From assembly GCA_951406725.2 (NCBI GenBank), contig OX597818.1, positions 108,252,001-108,316,000 of the forward strand: 64,000 bases of DNA. Direction: 5' to 3'. Numbering within the stretch: the stretch's first letter is position 1; each line of letters begins with the position of its first letter. The translations under genes and the position numbers were made by a program. The notes under the pieces were generated by a model. The model did not search any database. It was not told the DNA's origin and saw only the letters and a program-made list of their open reading frames with translations. The stretch comes from Octopus vulgaris. Lineage: Eukaryota. Shown here one piece after another: positions 11,824-23,930 of the stretch.

Positions 11824-11869
11824 CGTGTCTCCGAATGTGATTTATTCGTTTTCTATCTAATAACGTTGC
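11824..11869 (-). CDS. Candidate host-gene exon (ATLLDRKRINHIRRH)
   Basis: Acceptor actctctctttag, donor ACG|gtaaaa; 46 nt, phase 0 to 1. Confidence 0.4.
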
Positions 11870-12745
11870 CTAAAGAGAGAGTCCGATTGGTGAAACCTCT
11901 TATTTTGTGTGTTCCAACAAATTTATGAGTTGATTTCACACAATTCATTCATGGCAAATATGTTTAAAGCAGCTCGCAGATATTTCCAAAATTCACTCTG
12001 ATTAGAAATGCTTAAATGGTAAATTATATCCTACCAAGATGACAGAAAACAGATGAGAGTTTAATTGTCATTTATGAGCAGAAATATTGGCACTGTTTTT
12101 GTGATTCATGATATTTCAATTTATCTGCTGCAGGCAGGAAAAAAATGGAAAGAAAGATGGAAATTTTGGTTTATTATATTATATTATATTATATCATTCT
12201 ATATAATATGTTATGTTGCATTATTATAATGTATTATATTACACTATGTAATACAACATTGCATTAAATTATGTTATATAATATCGTGTTATGTTATACT
12301 AGACAATATTTTTTTATATTGTGTTATATTTTATTTCATTGCATTATATTTGTAGAAATTTTGAATTAGTATTTGAGATAGAAGGAAGAGACAAATAAAT
12401 ATATGAGCAAGTAATAAGTTACTTCTTTGAAAAGTTCTCTGAAGTAATTCCTATATCAGTGTACAGATGATTCTGATAAATAGATAAGTATTTCTCATGA
12501 AGTATTTCACCAAATGGTTAACAAGGAAGAAAGTAATACTTCATTCAAACGAAAGATATTAGGAAAGTTAACAAATGTGATAAAGTGAAGTGAAAAACTT
12601 GCGTGGGGGGGGGAAACAAAAACAAAGAAAATCAAAGGACACGAAAAGCAGTAAAAATCAAAAGATGTAATCGTTTTTTTTTTAATCTTGTAAATATGAT
12701 AAAGATGATAGATTTATTGTTTATGACTGGAAAAAATGTTTGTGA

Positions 12746-12782
<37 letters not shown>

Positions 12783-12785
<3 letters not shown>

Positions 12786-13105
12786 TCATCATCATCATCA
12801 TCATCATCGTTGTCATTTAACGTCCGCCTTCCATGTTGGCAGGGGTTGGACGGTTTGACTGAGGGCTGGCAAGTCTGGAGGCTGCACTAAGCTCCAATCT
12901 GATCTGGCAAAGTTTCTACAGCTGGATGCCCTTCCTAACATCAACCACTCCAAGAGTGTAGTGGGTGCCTTTACGTGCCACTCAGGTGGCACTGGCATCA
13001 ACCATACTTGGGTGCTGCCTTTATGTGTTACTGGCACGGGACCATTCAGCCAGCACTAGCATCAACCATGCTTAAATGGTGCTTTTAACATGCCACCGGC
13101 ACAAC
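12783..13105 (-). mobile_element. RTE-family 3' end
   Basis: Matches 17153-17545, including GTGCC-nnn-GGCAC units. Confidence 0.85.
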
Positions 13106-13125
13106 ACATCTTTGTATGTATGTGC

Positions 13126-13175
<50 letters not shown>

Positions 13176-13179
<4 letters not shown>

Positions 13180-14872
13180 TGAAATAGAAAGATGAATAAT
13201 CTTGTTGCAGATTAATCAAAAGTTTAACCGATACCTTGGTAGCAAAAATCACAGCAGAAGACAGCACGGTTGGAGGTACAACCCTATAGTGTTGCAACCG
13301 TGCGTTGGTGCGGATAATTGAATTTTAATATTATTAGTGAATTGAAGAAATGGAGTTGAACGAAGATTGAACAGAAATCGTTTTATTGCATTCTACACGT
13401 GTTTCGAAAGGCACAATTTACCAAATTCCGATTGAATAAGGAGACCATATTGTGTCTTTCTCTTCAGGAAGAAATAGGAAATCCGTTGGAAAAAACAAAA
13501 ACAGAACAGAGGCGGAGCAAAACAAATCGAACAAGGCTCCTAAGAGCCCATGGCCAAACTGTTTATCAATGTATGTTGAAAACGGGTGGTGGGTGCGTTG
13601 AAGATTTTAACGGGTCAGGCAGCGGTCATTCCAGTGGGTGATAGCACGGGGTGCTTAGATGTTCTTTGTGACCGAGACTAAAGCTCTGACTATTTAAAGA
13701 ATATTAGGTGTATTATATGGGGCGAGACAAAATCTACTTAGAAACATGTGTGTGTGTACGTAAACAGCCCTACACAATGGTCACTGCTGTAAAATCAGTC
13801 GGGTGGCAGAAAAATATTTTATGTGTGCGTGTGTTCGTCTAATCATGCCTTGTCAAAGAAACCCCCCGTCGTCAAAAACAAACCACCATTCGTCTCCCAG
13901 GAGTAATTCCCCTTGCAATGGTTAATCATATTTCTCTTAAAAGCTATTTCAGAATTTATTTCCAAGGGCTATTTTCATATAAGTAGTGTAACCGGGTGCA
14001 GGTATTATTTATAAGCGTTATTTATAAGCAAGATAAGTATAACGCCGCCAATGGGGGCATCGAAAAGCCGACTGTAAAAGTCCGTTTACCATCCGGTCTC
14101 TGGCGAACAATATATGGAAGAGTTCGAAGACACAAAGGTTGCACTTCCTTCTGCCCCTGTCAAATGGAAGGGCCACCGACAAAATTGACCATTCCAGTCT
14201 GTAGCTTGAGTTCGTATTCTTCAATCGCCATATTAGCTTGCTAAGTCCCGTGGTCTGGCATTTATTCACGTCTCGAAAAGTTGCGTAATGGTTGGAGATT
14301 CGTGAGGCCAATCTTGACGATGAGGCCCTGACATAAGCGTAGACATCTGAGTCCGTGTAAACCTTACATTGGTAGACGGCGTTTCTAATCTTGGAGTTCA
14401 CCGACGTGAACCTTATTCTATTAGGATTAGTTTCTGAAATTAGAACTGCGTTACTGTTACTATATTTGTTGCGAGAACTGCAGCCGCTTACTACTTTATT
14501 TTCCACTACGTCACTATTAACTAACGGAATAACCCCTGAATCTACACTATCACTCAGAGTGCTGTCATTGCTAGTGCCCGTGGTGCTGCTATTGCCGGAA
14601 ACGATGCTGGAGTTGCTATTGGGACTCTCTACCCTAACAAGCCGAGCTGCCCTCACCTCACTACTGCCATTGTTACCGTCAATGACATCACCCTTATTTA
14701 TAACTATACCCCTAGTATCTAATCCCTGGTTGGAGCTGAGATTATGAGTCACTGTACTGGCTCTCATATCATTATTACTACTATTATTATTCCTACTGAG
14801 CGTTAAACCGGGAGCGGAAGAAGCTGAGCCTCCGGAAAAAGGTGATAGGGTCTTAGTAAGCAGCCTATTATT
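13176..14872 (-). mobile_element. 5'-truncated Penelope-like element: S/N-rich linker, GIY-YIG endonuclease and pLTR with hammerhead
   Basis: ORF 14018..14767 has AVYQCKV..YAYVR..RISNH..F..TTGLSKLIWRLK..WSIL..PF..CNLC.FE..IL...CPH; 13327-13660 recurs inverted at 61803-62112. Confidence 0.88.
13391..13470 (-). ncRNA. Type I hammerhead ribozyme, intact core
   Basis: UUC-CUGAAGA-GAAAGACACAAU(~30 nt)AUUGUGCCUUUC-GAAA-C-ACGU-G-UA/GAA; 11 of 12 stem II pairs; palindromic stem III. Confidence 0.82.
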
Positions 14873-15388
14873 AGGTGACCAAGTCTGTAGTAGGTGTTTG
14901 ATGCTTGAAGTGTGTTAACACTAGAATAAGAATAGCCTGGGCAAAGTTCATAAAACTTCTATCCCTACTGGTGACAAAGGGCCTCTAGCTCAGAGTGAAA
15001 GGTAGATTCTGCGATGCATGTGTGCAAACTACCATGCTACACAGCAGTGAAACATGGGCTGTGACTGCTGAAGACATGCATAGGCTTGAAAGAAAAGAAG
15101 CTAGTATGATCCACTGGATGTTTAATGTCAGTGTTCACACACAACAAAGTGTAAGTGCCATGAGAGAAATATTGGCGATAAGAAGCCACCTGACTGGCTC
15201 CTGTACTGGTGGCACATAAAAAGCACCCACTACAGTCTCGGAGTGGTTGGCATTAGGAAGGGCATCCAGCTACAGAAATATTGCCAAATCAGATTGGAGC
15301 CTGGTGCAGCCCCCAGGCAAAACAGCCAACCCATGCCAGCATGGAAAACAGACGTTAAACGATGAAGATGATGATGATGATGATGATG
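14873..15388 (+). mobile_element. Internally deleted RTE fragment (RT C-terminus plus tail)
   Basis: RVKGRFCDACVQTTMLHSSETWAVTAEDM matches ORF 17727..18554; ends in (GAT)n. Confidence 0.85.
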
Positions 15389-16487
15389 ATATATATGTAT
15401 GTATGTATATGTATGTATATGTGTGTGTATGCTATTTTATTGAAGCCAAAGCAAACGTCACAAACTTTAACTCGGAGTTTCATGTAAGCTATTCATCAGA
15501 CATTTCTGAAAATACAGACTAATAAAATAATTTATAAATTGTGAGTACATATCAGTGCTGATGAATGCCAATTCAATGAATAAGTATTTAAGGGTGACTG
15601 GGCGAATGTTTTTGAAATAACACTGTATGGTCGGATGAAAAGGAGATTGACCTTAGTTGTGATATAAACAATGTTTGAATTGAAAGACTTTATGGAGATT
15701 ATATATAGTAGGTGTGAATGGTGTGAATGAAAAAATAAACAGAATTAGATAGATTATGTCAAGAAGAAAAAAATTTGCAAGTAATTAGAATAGAATATGA
15801 TAGAAACAAGCTTAAAATTGAAATAAAAATTAAGAATTGTTGTTGTGATAAAGTAAATAATAAAAAAAAAACATTCACAATTATGAAAGGAAAGGAAAAG
15901 AAAGTAGAAAAGAAAAAAGAAAGGGGGGGTAGAAAAGGTGGGGGAAGAAAAGAGAGAGAATAACTTGCTATTGAGACGATAGGATGGGAAAGAGGGGGGA
16001 GAGAGAACACTGAGATGTCTGGTAGTCAAAGACATTGAGAAGATTCAGCCATCTCAGAGAAACCAGATTCCAAAAACAGTGAGGAACGGTCTCAAGATGT
16101 TGAGCCTCACAGACAAGATGGCAACCTGTTTCTTTACTATCCACAAGGGGCTAAACACAGAGAGGACAAACAAGGATAGACAAAGGACTTAAGTCGATTA
16201 TATCGACCCCAGTGTATAACTGCTACTTATTTAATCGACTCCGAAAGGATGAAAGGCAAAGTCGACCTCGGCAGAATTTGAACTCCTGAGATGTCCAGCA
16301 ATCTGAGGTTTTCGAGAAGATCCCCTACCCCCCACCTCAGCAAAACTGAGTTCTGGAAGCACTGTGTATCATGTGTTCCCCACCCACACATTACATTAAT
16401 TCAACCCCAACCACCAAATGAACCATGCACTTTAGTTGTCTCACTCTCTCTCTTTCCCACCTGTTGCAACCCAACCCAGCCTTGTCA

Positions 16488-16537
<50 letters not shown>

Positions 16538-17152
16538 TGTCTCCTACTCCCACCTGCCAATTGTATCATTGCTACCCTGCCATTCCCCTACATCTACCCC
16601 TGTTCACCACTCACTGCATCTCCCTTCTCCTCTCTTTTCTCCCACTTTCTTTTGTACTCTGGTGAACTCACTAATCGCTCTCCTCTAATCTTCCACTGAC
16701 ATTCACCTCCTTAGAACTTAAGGATTTGCCATAGCACATCTTTACTACCATTTCCTCTCTTTACCCTTCTCTCCCCCTCTCTCTCTCTCATTTCTCTCTC
16801 TCTGACCATGTCTCTCCTCAACAGCATGGCACCTGTCTCTGTTCCCCTGTCATACATACAGCAGGGTTCATATATATATTAATATTTGAGATATCACATT
16901 GTCAATACTCAGAGTTTCATGATGATGTTGTTTGGCAAATACTTGGCAAGGGTTTGTGCCAATTCAAAACTGTGAACAGAAACACAGTGATATTCCAAAT
17001 ACGTCTATGTATTATTGAGGGACAACATGGCAATGCCGTTCATAGGAGAGATTGGAAAGGTGAAAGAAGTGAGTAAAGGTGTAGAGTCAGGAAGAAACGG
17101 GTGACGCTAAGCATTATCGTTGCTTTTCTTGTGTTTTTTTCATATATATATA

Positions 17153-18465
17153 TATCATCATCATCATAATCATCATCGTTTAATGTCCGCTTTCCATGCT
17201 AGCATGGGTTGGACGGTTCAACTGGGGTCTGGGAAGCCAGGAGGCTGCACCAGGCTCCAGTCTGATCTTGCAGTGTTTCTACAGCTGGATGCCCTTCCTA
17301 ACGCCAACCACTCCGTGAGTGTAGTGGGTGCTTTTTATGTGCCACTGACACAGGTGCCAGATGAGGCTGGCAAACGGCCACGCTCGGATGGTGTTTTTTA
17401 TATGCCACCGGCACGAGGCCAGGCGAGGCTGGCACGGCCACGATCGGATGGTGTTTGTTACATGCCACCAGCACAGCAGCCAGTTGATGCGTTACTGGCT
17501 ACAGCCACGTTCGGATGGTTTTCTTATGTGCCACCGGCACTGGTACCACAAAACTACAAATTCCATTGATGTTGATCGATTTCGATTTTGATTTGATTCT
17601 TTGATTTTTGATTTTTGATTTTCACTTGCCTCAACAGGTCTTCACAAGTAGAGTTATGTGTCCCAAGAAAGAAGGTATGCACAGGTGGACTGACTACATC
17701 CCAGATAGGGGCCATGGGTTATTGCCTCACGTGTCCTGCCGGGTCTTCTCGTGCACAGCATACTTCCAAAGGTCGTTCTTCACCACCTCGTCCCAGGTTT
17801 TCCTGGGCCTACCTCTTCCACAGGTTCCCTCAACTGCTAGGGTGTGGCACTTTTTCACACAACTATCTTCATCCATTCTTACTACGTGTCCATACCAGCG
17901 TAGACGCCTCTCTTGCACACCACATCTGATGCTTCTCAGGTCCAATTTTTCTCTCAAGGCACTTACACTCAGTCGGGTATGAACACTGACATTACACATC
18001 CAACGGAGCATACTGGCTTCATTTCTTGTGAGCTTACGCATATCCTCAGCAGTCACGGCCCATGTTTCACTGCCATGTAGCATGGCTGTTCGCACACATG
18101 CGTCATACAGTCTGCCTTTTACTCTGAGCGAGAGGCCTTTTGTCACCAGCAGAGGTGAGAGCTCTCTGAACTTTGCCCTGGCAATTCTTACTCTAGCAGT
18201 TACACTTTCGGCACACCCACCCCCGCTACTGACTTGGTCACCTAGGTAATGGAAACTATCAACTATTTCAAGTTTTTCTCCCTGGAATGTGGCAGAAGAT
18301 GGTCTTTGTGCATTTTCAGTGTTTATTGCATCAGAGCATCTGCCACATACAAAAACTATATTCCTAGTTAGCCTTCCTTTGACATTGCTGCACCTCTTAT
18401 GTGTCCATAGCTTACACTTGGTGCATCTTATAGAGTTCCTACCTACGCCTTTTCTACAGATCGAG

Positions 18466-18468
<3 letters not shown>
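17153..18468 (-). mobile_element. 5'-truncated RTE-clade LINE: PHD finger, RT C-terminus, structured 3' UTR and (GAT)n tail
   Basis: VDSFHYLGD, LHGSETW, RRLRWYGHVVRM, RGRPRKTW; reading frame open from 18467 to 17727. Confidence 0.92.
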
Positions 18469-18508
<40 letters not shown>

Positions 18509-18511
<3 letters not shown>

Positions 18512-18878
18512 ATGGAGGTTGAAATAGCACAGAATTAAATCTAAGACATTTCAATTTAAGAAGAAAATGATTTCAAAACTATATAAAAAAAAATATTATC
18601 AGATTCGATGATGAATTTCATCTTATCAAATATCATTTAAAATTCCTAAAAATTTGATGTAAAAACAGTTTATCTTCTGTCTGGGTTTCAAAAACATGTT
18701 TTTGACCCCAAGAAGATAAACTGTTTTTACATCAAATTTTTATAAATTTGTAATGATATTTGATTCATCATCAAACCTGGTAATATTTTCTTTATATAAT
18801 TTTCAAGTCATTTTATCAAATTCCTTCTGAAATTGAAATGTCTTAGATTTACTTCTGTGCTATTTCCACCTCCATCTT
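18509..18878. repeat. ~370-bp imperfect palindrome, probably inverted Penelope-type termini with a degenerate hammerhead
   Basis: Arms aagatggaggttgaaatagcacag... and ...ctgtgctatttccacctccatctt; centre caaaaacatgtttttg. Confidence 0.8.
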
Positions 18879-18929
18879 TTATATATAAAAATTTGATTTG
18901 TATAGATCTCTAATCTTTTTTCAACTTCC

Positions 18930-18961
<32 letters not shown>

Positions 18962-18966
<5 letters not shown>

Positions 18967-19590
18967 GATGTCCCAAAAGTTACTGATGGGTTTCCAATTT
19001 TTAATAACTTCCTTAACTTTACAAATAAATGCATGAAATTTTGATACAATATAAAGGACATAACACGTAAAGGAAATTTATATGCAGAAGTCAGATTTTG
19101 CAACAACACTAAATCAAGTATGAAAAATGACATCACTTTAATGGCAGCCATTTTCAGTTTCACATGCCTGTGTTTTTCCAAGATTTGCACCATAACACCC
19201 ACTTCTTCGATTTCTCTGTTGATTTTCTCCTTCAGTTGCACCAGGGTCTCTGGTTAGTTGACGTAAACCCTCTCTTTCAGGTATCCCTACAAGAAAAAAT
19301 CCAGACTAGTTAAGCCTGAGGAACATGAAACCCATTCAAAGTAGACCCCACAAATGGTTCCAGCAAGATGGGGAAACCGCCCATACTGAAAGAGAAACAA
19401 TGCAGTTGCTATGGCAGTGCTTTGGAGAGAGTATAACCTCCCGCTATTGCAATGTCAACTGGCCTTCACATTCCCCAGACTTGAATAACCCAGATTTTTT
19501 TCTTGTGGGAATACCTGAAAGAGAGGATTGACATCAGCAAACCGGAGACCCTGGTACAACTGAAGGAGAACATCAATAGAGAAATCAGGC
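18962..19590. mobile_element. Tc1/mariner transposase remnants in inverted arrangement
   Basis: WFQQDGETAH..WPSHSPDL..PDFFL-GYLKER (+, 19325-19590); 19199-19323 is the reverse complement of 19470-19590; TA-CAGGATGTCCCAAAA terminus at 18962. Confidence 0.85.
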
Positions 19591-19974
19591 CATCAGTAAG
19601 AATCCTTATCTCTGTTACGTGAGTCAAAGGCTTGCAAATAAATACATTTGCAGTGTTTGTAGATTGAACTCAATTAAAGATGGTTGGCACTGCAATCAAC
19701 ATGCTTCCACAGGTCACAAGACATGGTTGGAGACGTAGAGTTTTGGTTCATGTCATCAGGGATGCAAAAGTCTTTGAAACATTACTCCAATTTTGGATGT
19801 ATGTTTATTTTCACCAGCACAACATTCATATAAACTGACTGAAAATATAATTAGTGATGTGTGTGTGGGTACATGTGCGTGTGTGTACATGTGTGTGCAT
19901 TTGTATGTGTACATACGCACGTGTGAGTGTGTGTGAGTATGTGTGTACATGTGTGTGCATGTGTGTGTGCGTGT

Positions 19975-20195
19975 GTGTGTGTCTTAGTGTCTGTGTTTGT
20001 CCCCCAACCCAATGCTTGACAACCAGTGTTGGTGTGTTTACATCCCCATTACTCAGCGGTTTGGCAAAAAAGACCAATTGAATAAGTACCAGGCTTCAAT
20101 ATGAAACAAAGAGTGGTCGATTCATTTAACTAACATTTTACAAAGTGGTGCCCCAGCATGGCCACAGTCTAATGATTGAAACAGTTAAAAGTAAA
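19975..20195 (+). mobile_element. SINE family 1, 3' half
   Basis: Matches 43490-43690. Confidence 0.8.
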
Positions 20196-21269
20196 CGACT
20201 GTCAGGGGCTTTCTCAAGGTTCCAGAAGACAATAAAAATCAGCTTCTGCTGTTCCTGTGCCATTTTTTGGCTTCGTTTTATTGTTTTTGTTGTTGTTGTC
20301 TGTCAGTGGTTCATAGCTGAGGATGGAAACGGTATTGGGGCTCCACCTGAACTGATTCAGAAGTATTCAATCCAAAATCTTGCCAATTATGATTGTAAGA
20401 TTCTTCTGACCAGTCAACAAACGAATCCCAACTTGATAACTCAACAACTGAGAAATAGCAGCTTCATCACCCTCAAAATCAATCGCTTTTTGAATCTCTT
20501 TCAAATAAACTACAAAATTGTTTCCATGACTGCCTTTGAGTTCTTAGAAAATAATCGATTCCTAAATGATGTCACCAAAAGACATCTCAGCATATTTTAT
20601 GCATATTATGGTAGATAACTGATAGTGCTTTTCCATTACTTTAATTTTAATAACCATTTCTATATTGCATAGGCATGCACTCAACAGACTCGTTCAAATG
20701 GTCATTAGGAAGATTACTGGAGCAGTAAATTCTCTCTGGTAAAAGACAGACTGCAGTATTTCTTAGACTGTTGGAATCTTGTTTTTATCACAAGCCAGAA
20801 ACCTTTATAACTCTCAATTTATAACTATTGTGTTGAGTTAAAAGTTTTGCAATATTTTGGTCACTTGTTTGCTTTCTTCGTCAAGTTACAACAAACGCAG
20901 CCTAGAATTCAAAGTAGAGGCCATCCTGTTGCAGCACCCAAAGCCACCTTCCTGCTAATTCTTTGATCTTTGGCTCACTTTCTGTATTCTCATGGTGCTT
21001 TATCAGCCAAGAGGAGGTGGAAGCTCCAGTGAGGGTTCAATGGACAAGAACTGGTGTCAACATAGAATCAAGGAACTGGCAGAAAGGTGGCTTCGGATTG
21101 TGCAGCATGATGGTCTCTACTTTGGATGCTCAACTGCTTTTGCTGTAAGCTGAGGAATAAAAGTAATAAGTCAATAAAATATCACAAAAAGTTTTGACTC
21201 AAAGCAATTATATGTTACAGATGTTAGTTTGGGCTCAAAACGCATAAAAAACATGCCATCTAATAAAAA

Positions 21270-21630
21270 AAAGGCCGGTGGCACATGACCTGCAGTACTT
21301 GAGGAGACCTATTGAGTCAAGTACATCAGCATCAAAATAAATATCAAACGGAAATTGTAGTTGTGATACCTGTGCCAGTGGCACATAAAAAGCACCATCC
21401 GAACGTGGCCAATGCCAGCACTGCCTTGACTGGCTCCTGTGCCAGTGGCATGCAAAAAGCACCCACTACACTCATGGAGTGGTTGGCATTAGGAAGGGCA
21501 TCCAGCCATAGAAACACTGCCAGATCAGACTGGAGCCTGGTGCAGCCTCCTGGCTTCCCAGACCCCGGTTGAACCGTCCAACCTATGCTAGCACGGAAAA
21601 CGGACGTTAAACGATGATGATGATGATGAT
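21270..21630 (+). mobile_element. RTE-family 3' UTR and tail
   Basis: Reverse complement match to 17153-17650. Confidence 0.88.
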
Positions 21631-22329
21631 GTCCATCTGGTAAAAAAATGCCCGAATGTTGAAGTAAAACCATTACTGGGTAGTTTTACTGGATAGCACA
21701 AGTACTGCTTGATGCTTATATTTGAAATGGTAATTCTTGGAATTATGTAATACATCAAGCCTTGTACATCAATATATACCAATGACATCCGCTGAAAACT
21801 ATACAGATATCAAACAGACACACTTACAATGCAGGCATTAATCATTACTCTGGAGAAGATATTTAAAATGTTTCCTTCTCAAATTAAAAATATAAATATT
21901 TTTCAACTGTATCAAATTCTGAACAACAACAACAACAACCATCATCACATGTATTATTCAGATCTTGATGAGTAACTCGGCAAAGATAGACATAGAAGAT
22001 TTTTTTGCTTCTAATATTAATCATAGAAAGCCGCTGTATTTTGATTCATGTACTTGCAAGAATTAACTCTCATTCATATGAATAAATTTGAATTAATAGT
22101 CAAGAAGAACTCCTTCGAGTTTTCAATCTTCTCTCTCTCTCTCACCATCTCTCTCTCCCTCCCTCTCCCTCTCTATCCTTTCCCCTCTCTTTATTTTACT
22201 CTCACTTATTCCACTAATGTGTGCATGTATACATTTTCATATCAATACAAACCATAAGTATGTTTATGTGTATATTACACATAAACTAATGTGTCCATAC
22301 ATAATACATTCCTAATATATATCTATATA

Positions 22330-22369
<40 letters not shown>

Positions 22370-23489
22370 CATACATATATACATATACATATCATGTGTG
22401 TGTGTGTGTGTATGTGTGTATGTATGTGTGTATGTATGTGGTTCAGTTTTATGGTTGTGTTTGAGAGCATGTTGTGCTATTTCTTAAATAGTGAATTGTT
22501 GTTTTCTAGTGAATTTTTGATGAGGCAGTTAATTGAAAAGTTATAAATGATTGTATTGGTAAATATTTCAAGCTAAGAAGGCCATTTCTTTCACTCATTA
22601 TTCATAAGATGAGTGATGAGACATTTATTTATTACTGGATTATAATGATATATATATTTATACAATTCATACGGCACATCCTTGGTATCAATAGTTGAAT
22701 ATCTATTGACAAGCAAAAGCAAAATATCCAGAAACTATTTCAATTCCCATGAGAAGGATTCTCCCAGAATTTCACAATAAAAGGGTACTGATACATCAGT
22801 AGGAGTTTCATTTTGAAGTTTTCCCTATCCAAATAGTTTTTACGGTGCATTTTGATGCAAACCAAGGTATTTGTACCCTACTGCTCATATGATACAGGAT
22901 AAACATCTGGAATGAGGCTTTATGACTGACCCTCACAACGACTTCGATGGTACGGTGAGTTCTGGAGATCCTTTCAGCTCTTTTGGCAAACTTTTGCATT
23001 CTGATGCAACCTTAGTTGGTTTGGTTTTATCTTTCCACTGGTTACAGTGTATTTGAAAGAAAGCAAGTCTGATGTGAGTGCAGTTCTTACTTTAACCAAA
23101 AATTTCATGCTACTCTAGTCTAGGGATCTGAGCCCCAACCACCAGGTATTCAGTTATCATAAGTAAGCCACCACAGTTCCACATGATTGATCAGTAAATC
23201 AACCAATCAGTGTTGCTGTGGCATGATATGGCTCCTTGTCTAAAACTTGTCCCCTTTTCACCCTCTGAAAACCGTTTGACACCTAACTCAACCAAATGAC
23301 CTTAGACATTAAGCCAGATAAAGCACTCACAGAAGGCAGACCACTAACACCATACCATCTCAAACACTCAGCCAGACCAGCTCATGCAAGAAACCACTTC
23401 AGACACTCACACGCTATGTATTAGAGCCAGCCTTATGCATGGCACAGTGTGGTTCTCTCCTCCCACCTGGTCGTTATATTATCAATAAA

Positions 23490-23705
23490 ATAGCACAGAA
23501 TAATTGCTCAGCTTGTTTGAAAATATAAAGACACAGATCGTGTCGTAAAGCCAGCTGGAGACGATGTCTCCTGGGGCTAAATTACAGCAACATTCATCCT
23601 AAACCAGGAGTGCCATGTTATGTTGGCAAACAATCTTTACTCCTTTACTATTCTGAATACCTCTTGTTGTGAGATTAAAAATCAGTAATTTTCTAATGAG
23701 TCTCT
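23490..23705 (+). repeat. Single-arm copy of the 37051-37535 element
   Basis: Matches 37335-37535, including ~60 bp beyond the palindrome; further fragment at 33655-33692. Confidence 0.85.
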
Positions 23706-23794
23706 TGCACTGTGGATTTTCTGCATATTTACTAATTATGGAAGCATCTGATGAGAGATTTTTCAACAAACATCATCATCATCATCGTTTACAA

Positions 23795-23930
23795 GAAACT
23801 TCTTGAAGAGTGCTCTGACACAGGAGAGACTGAGTGACCTAACCATTCTTAGTATTGAGAGCAAACTGGCAGGGACAAGTAACTTCAGTGAATTAATAAA
23901 AACATTTGCTCTGGAAGAAAAACATGTTTA
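23795..23930 (+). pseudogene. hAT transposase C-terminal dimerisation-domain remnant
   Basis: LKSALTQERLSDLTILSIESKLAGTSNFSELIKTFA. Confidence 0.75.

Noticed and set aside
10644-11928. Poly-D/G/M/I ORFs resembling acidic or membrane proteins (also at 25.9, 29.2, 32.4, 46.8 and 50.1 kb)
   Set aside because: Trinucleotide microsatellites open in several frames on both strands.
17325-17550. CRISPR-like repeat-spacer array
   Set aside because: Units are diverged tandem repeats in a LINE 3' UTR with only short variable loops; eukaryotic context and no cas genes.
22800-23060. Possible exon or LINE RT fragment (GYKYLGLHQ on -)
   Set aside because: Only one short motif among stops; too weak to annotate.
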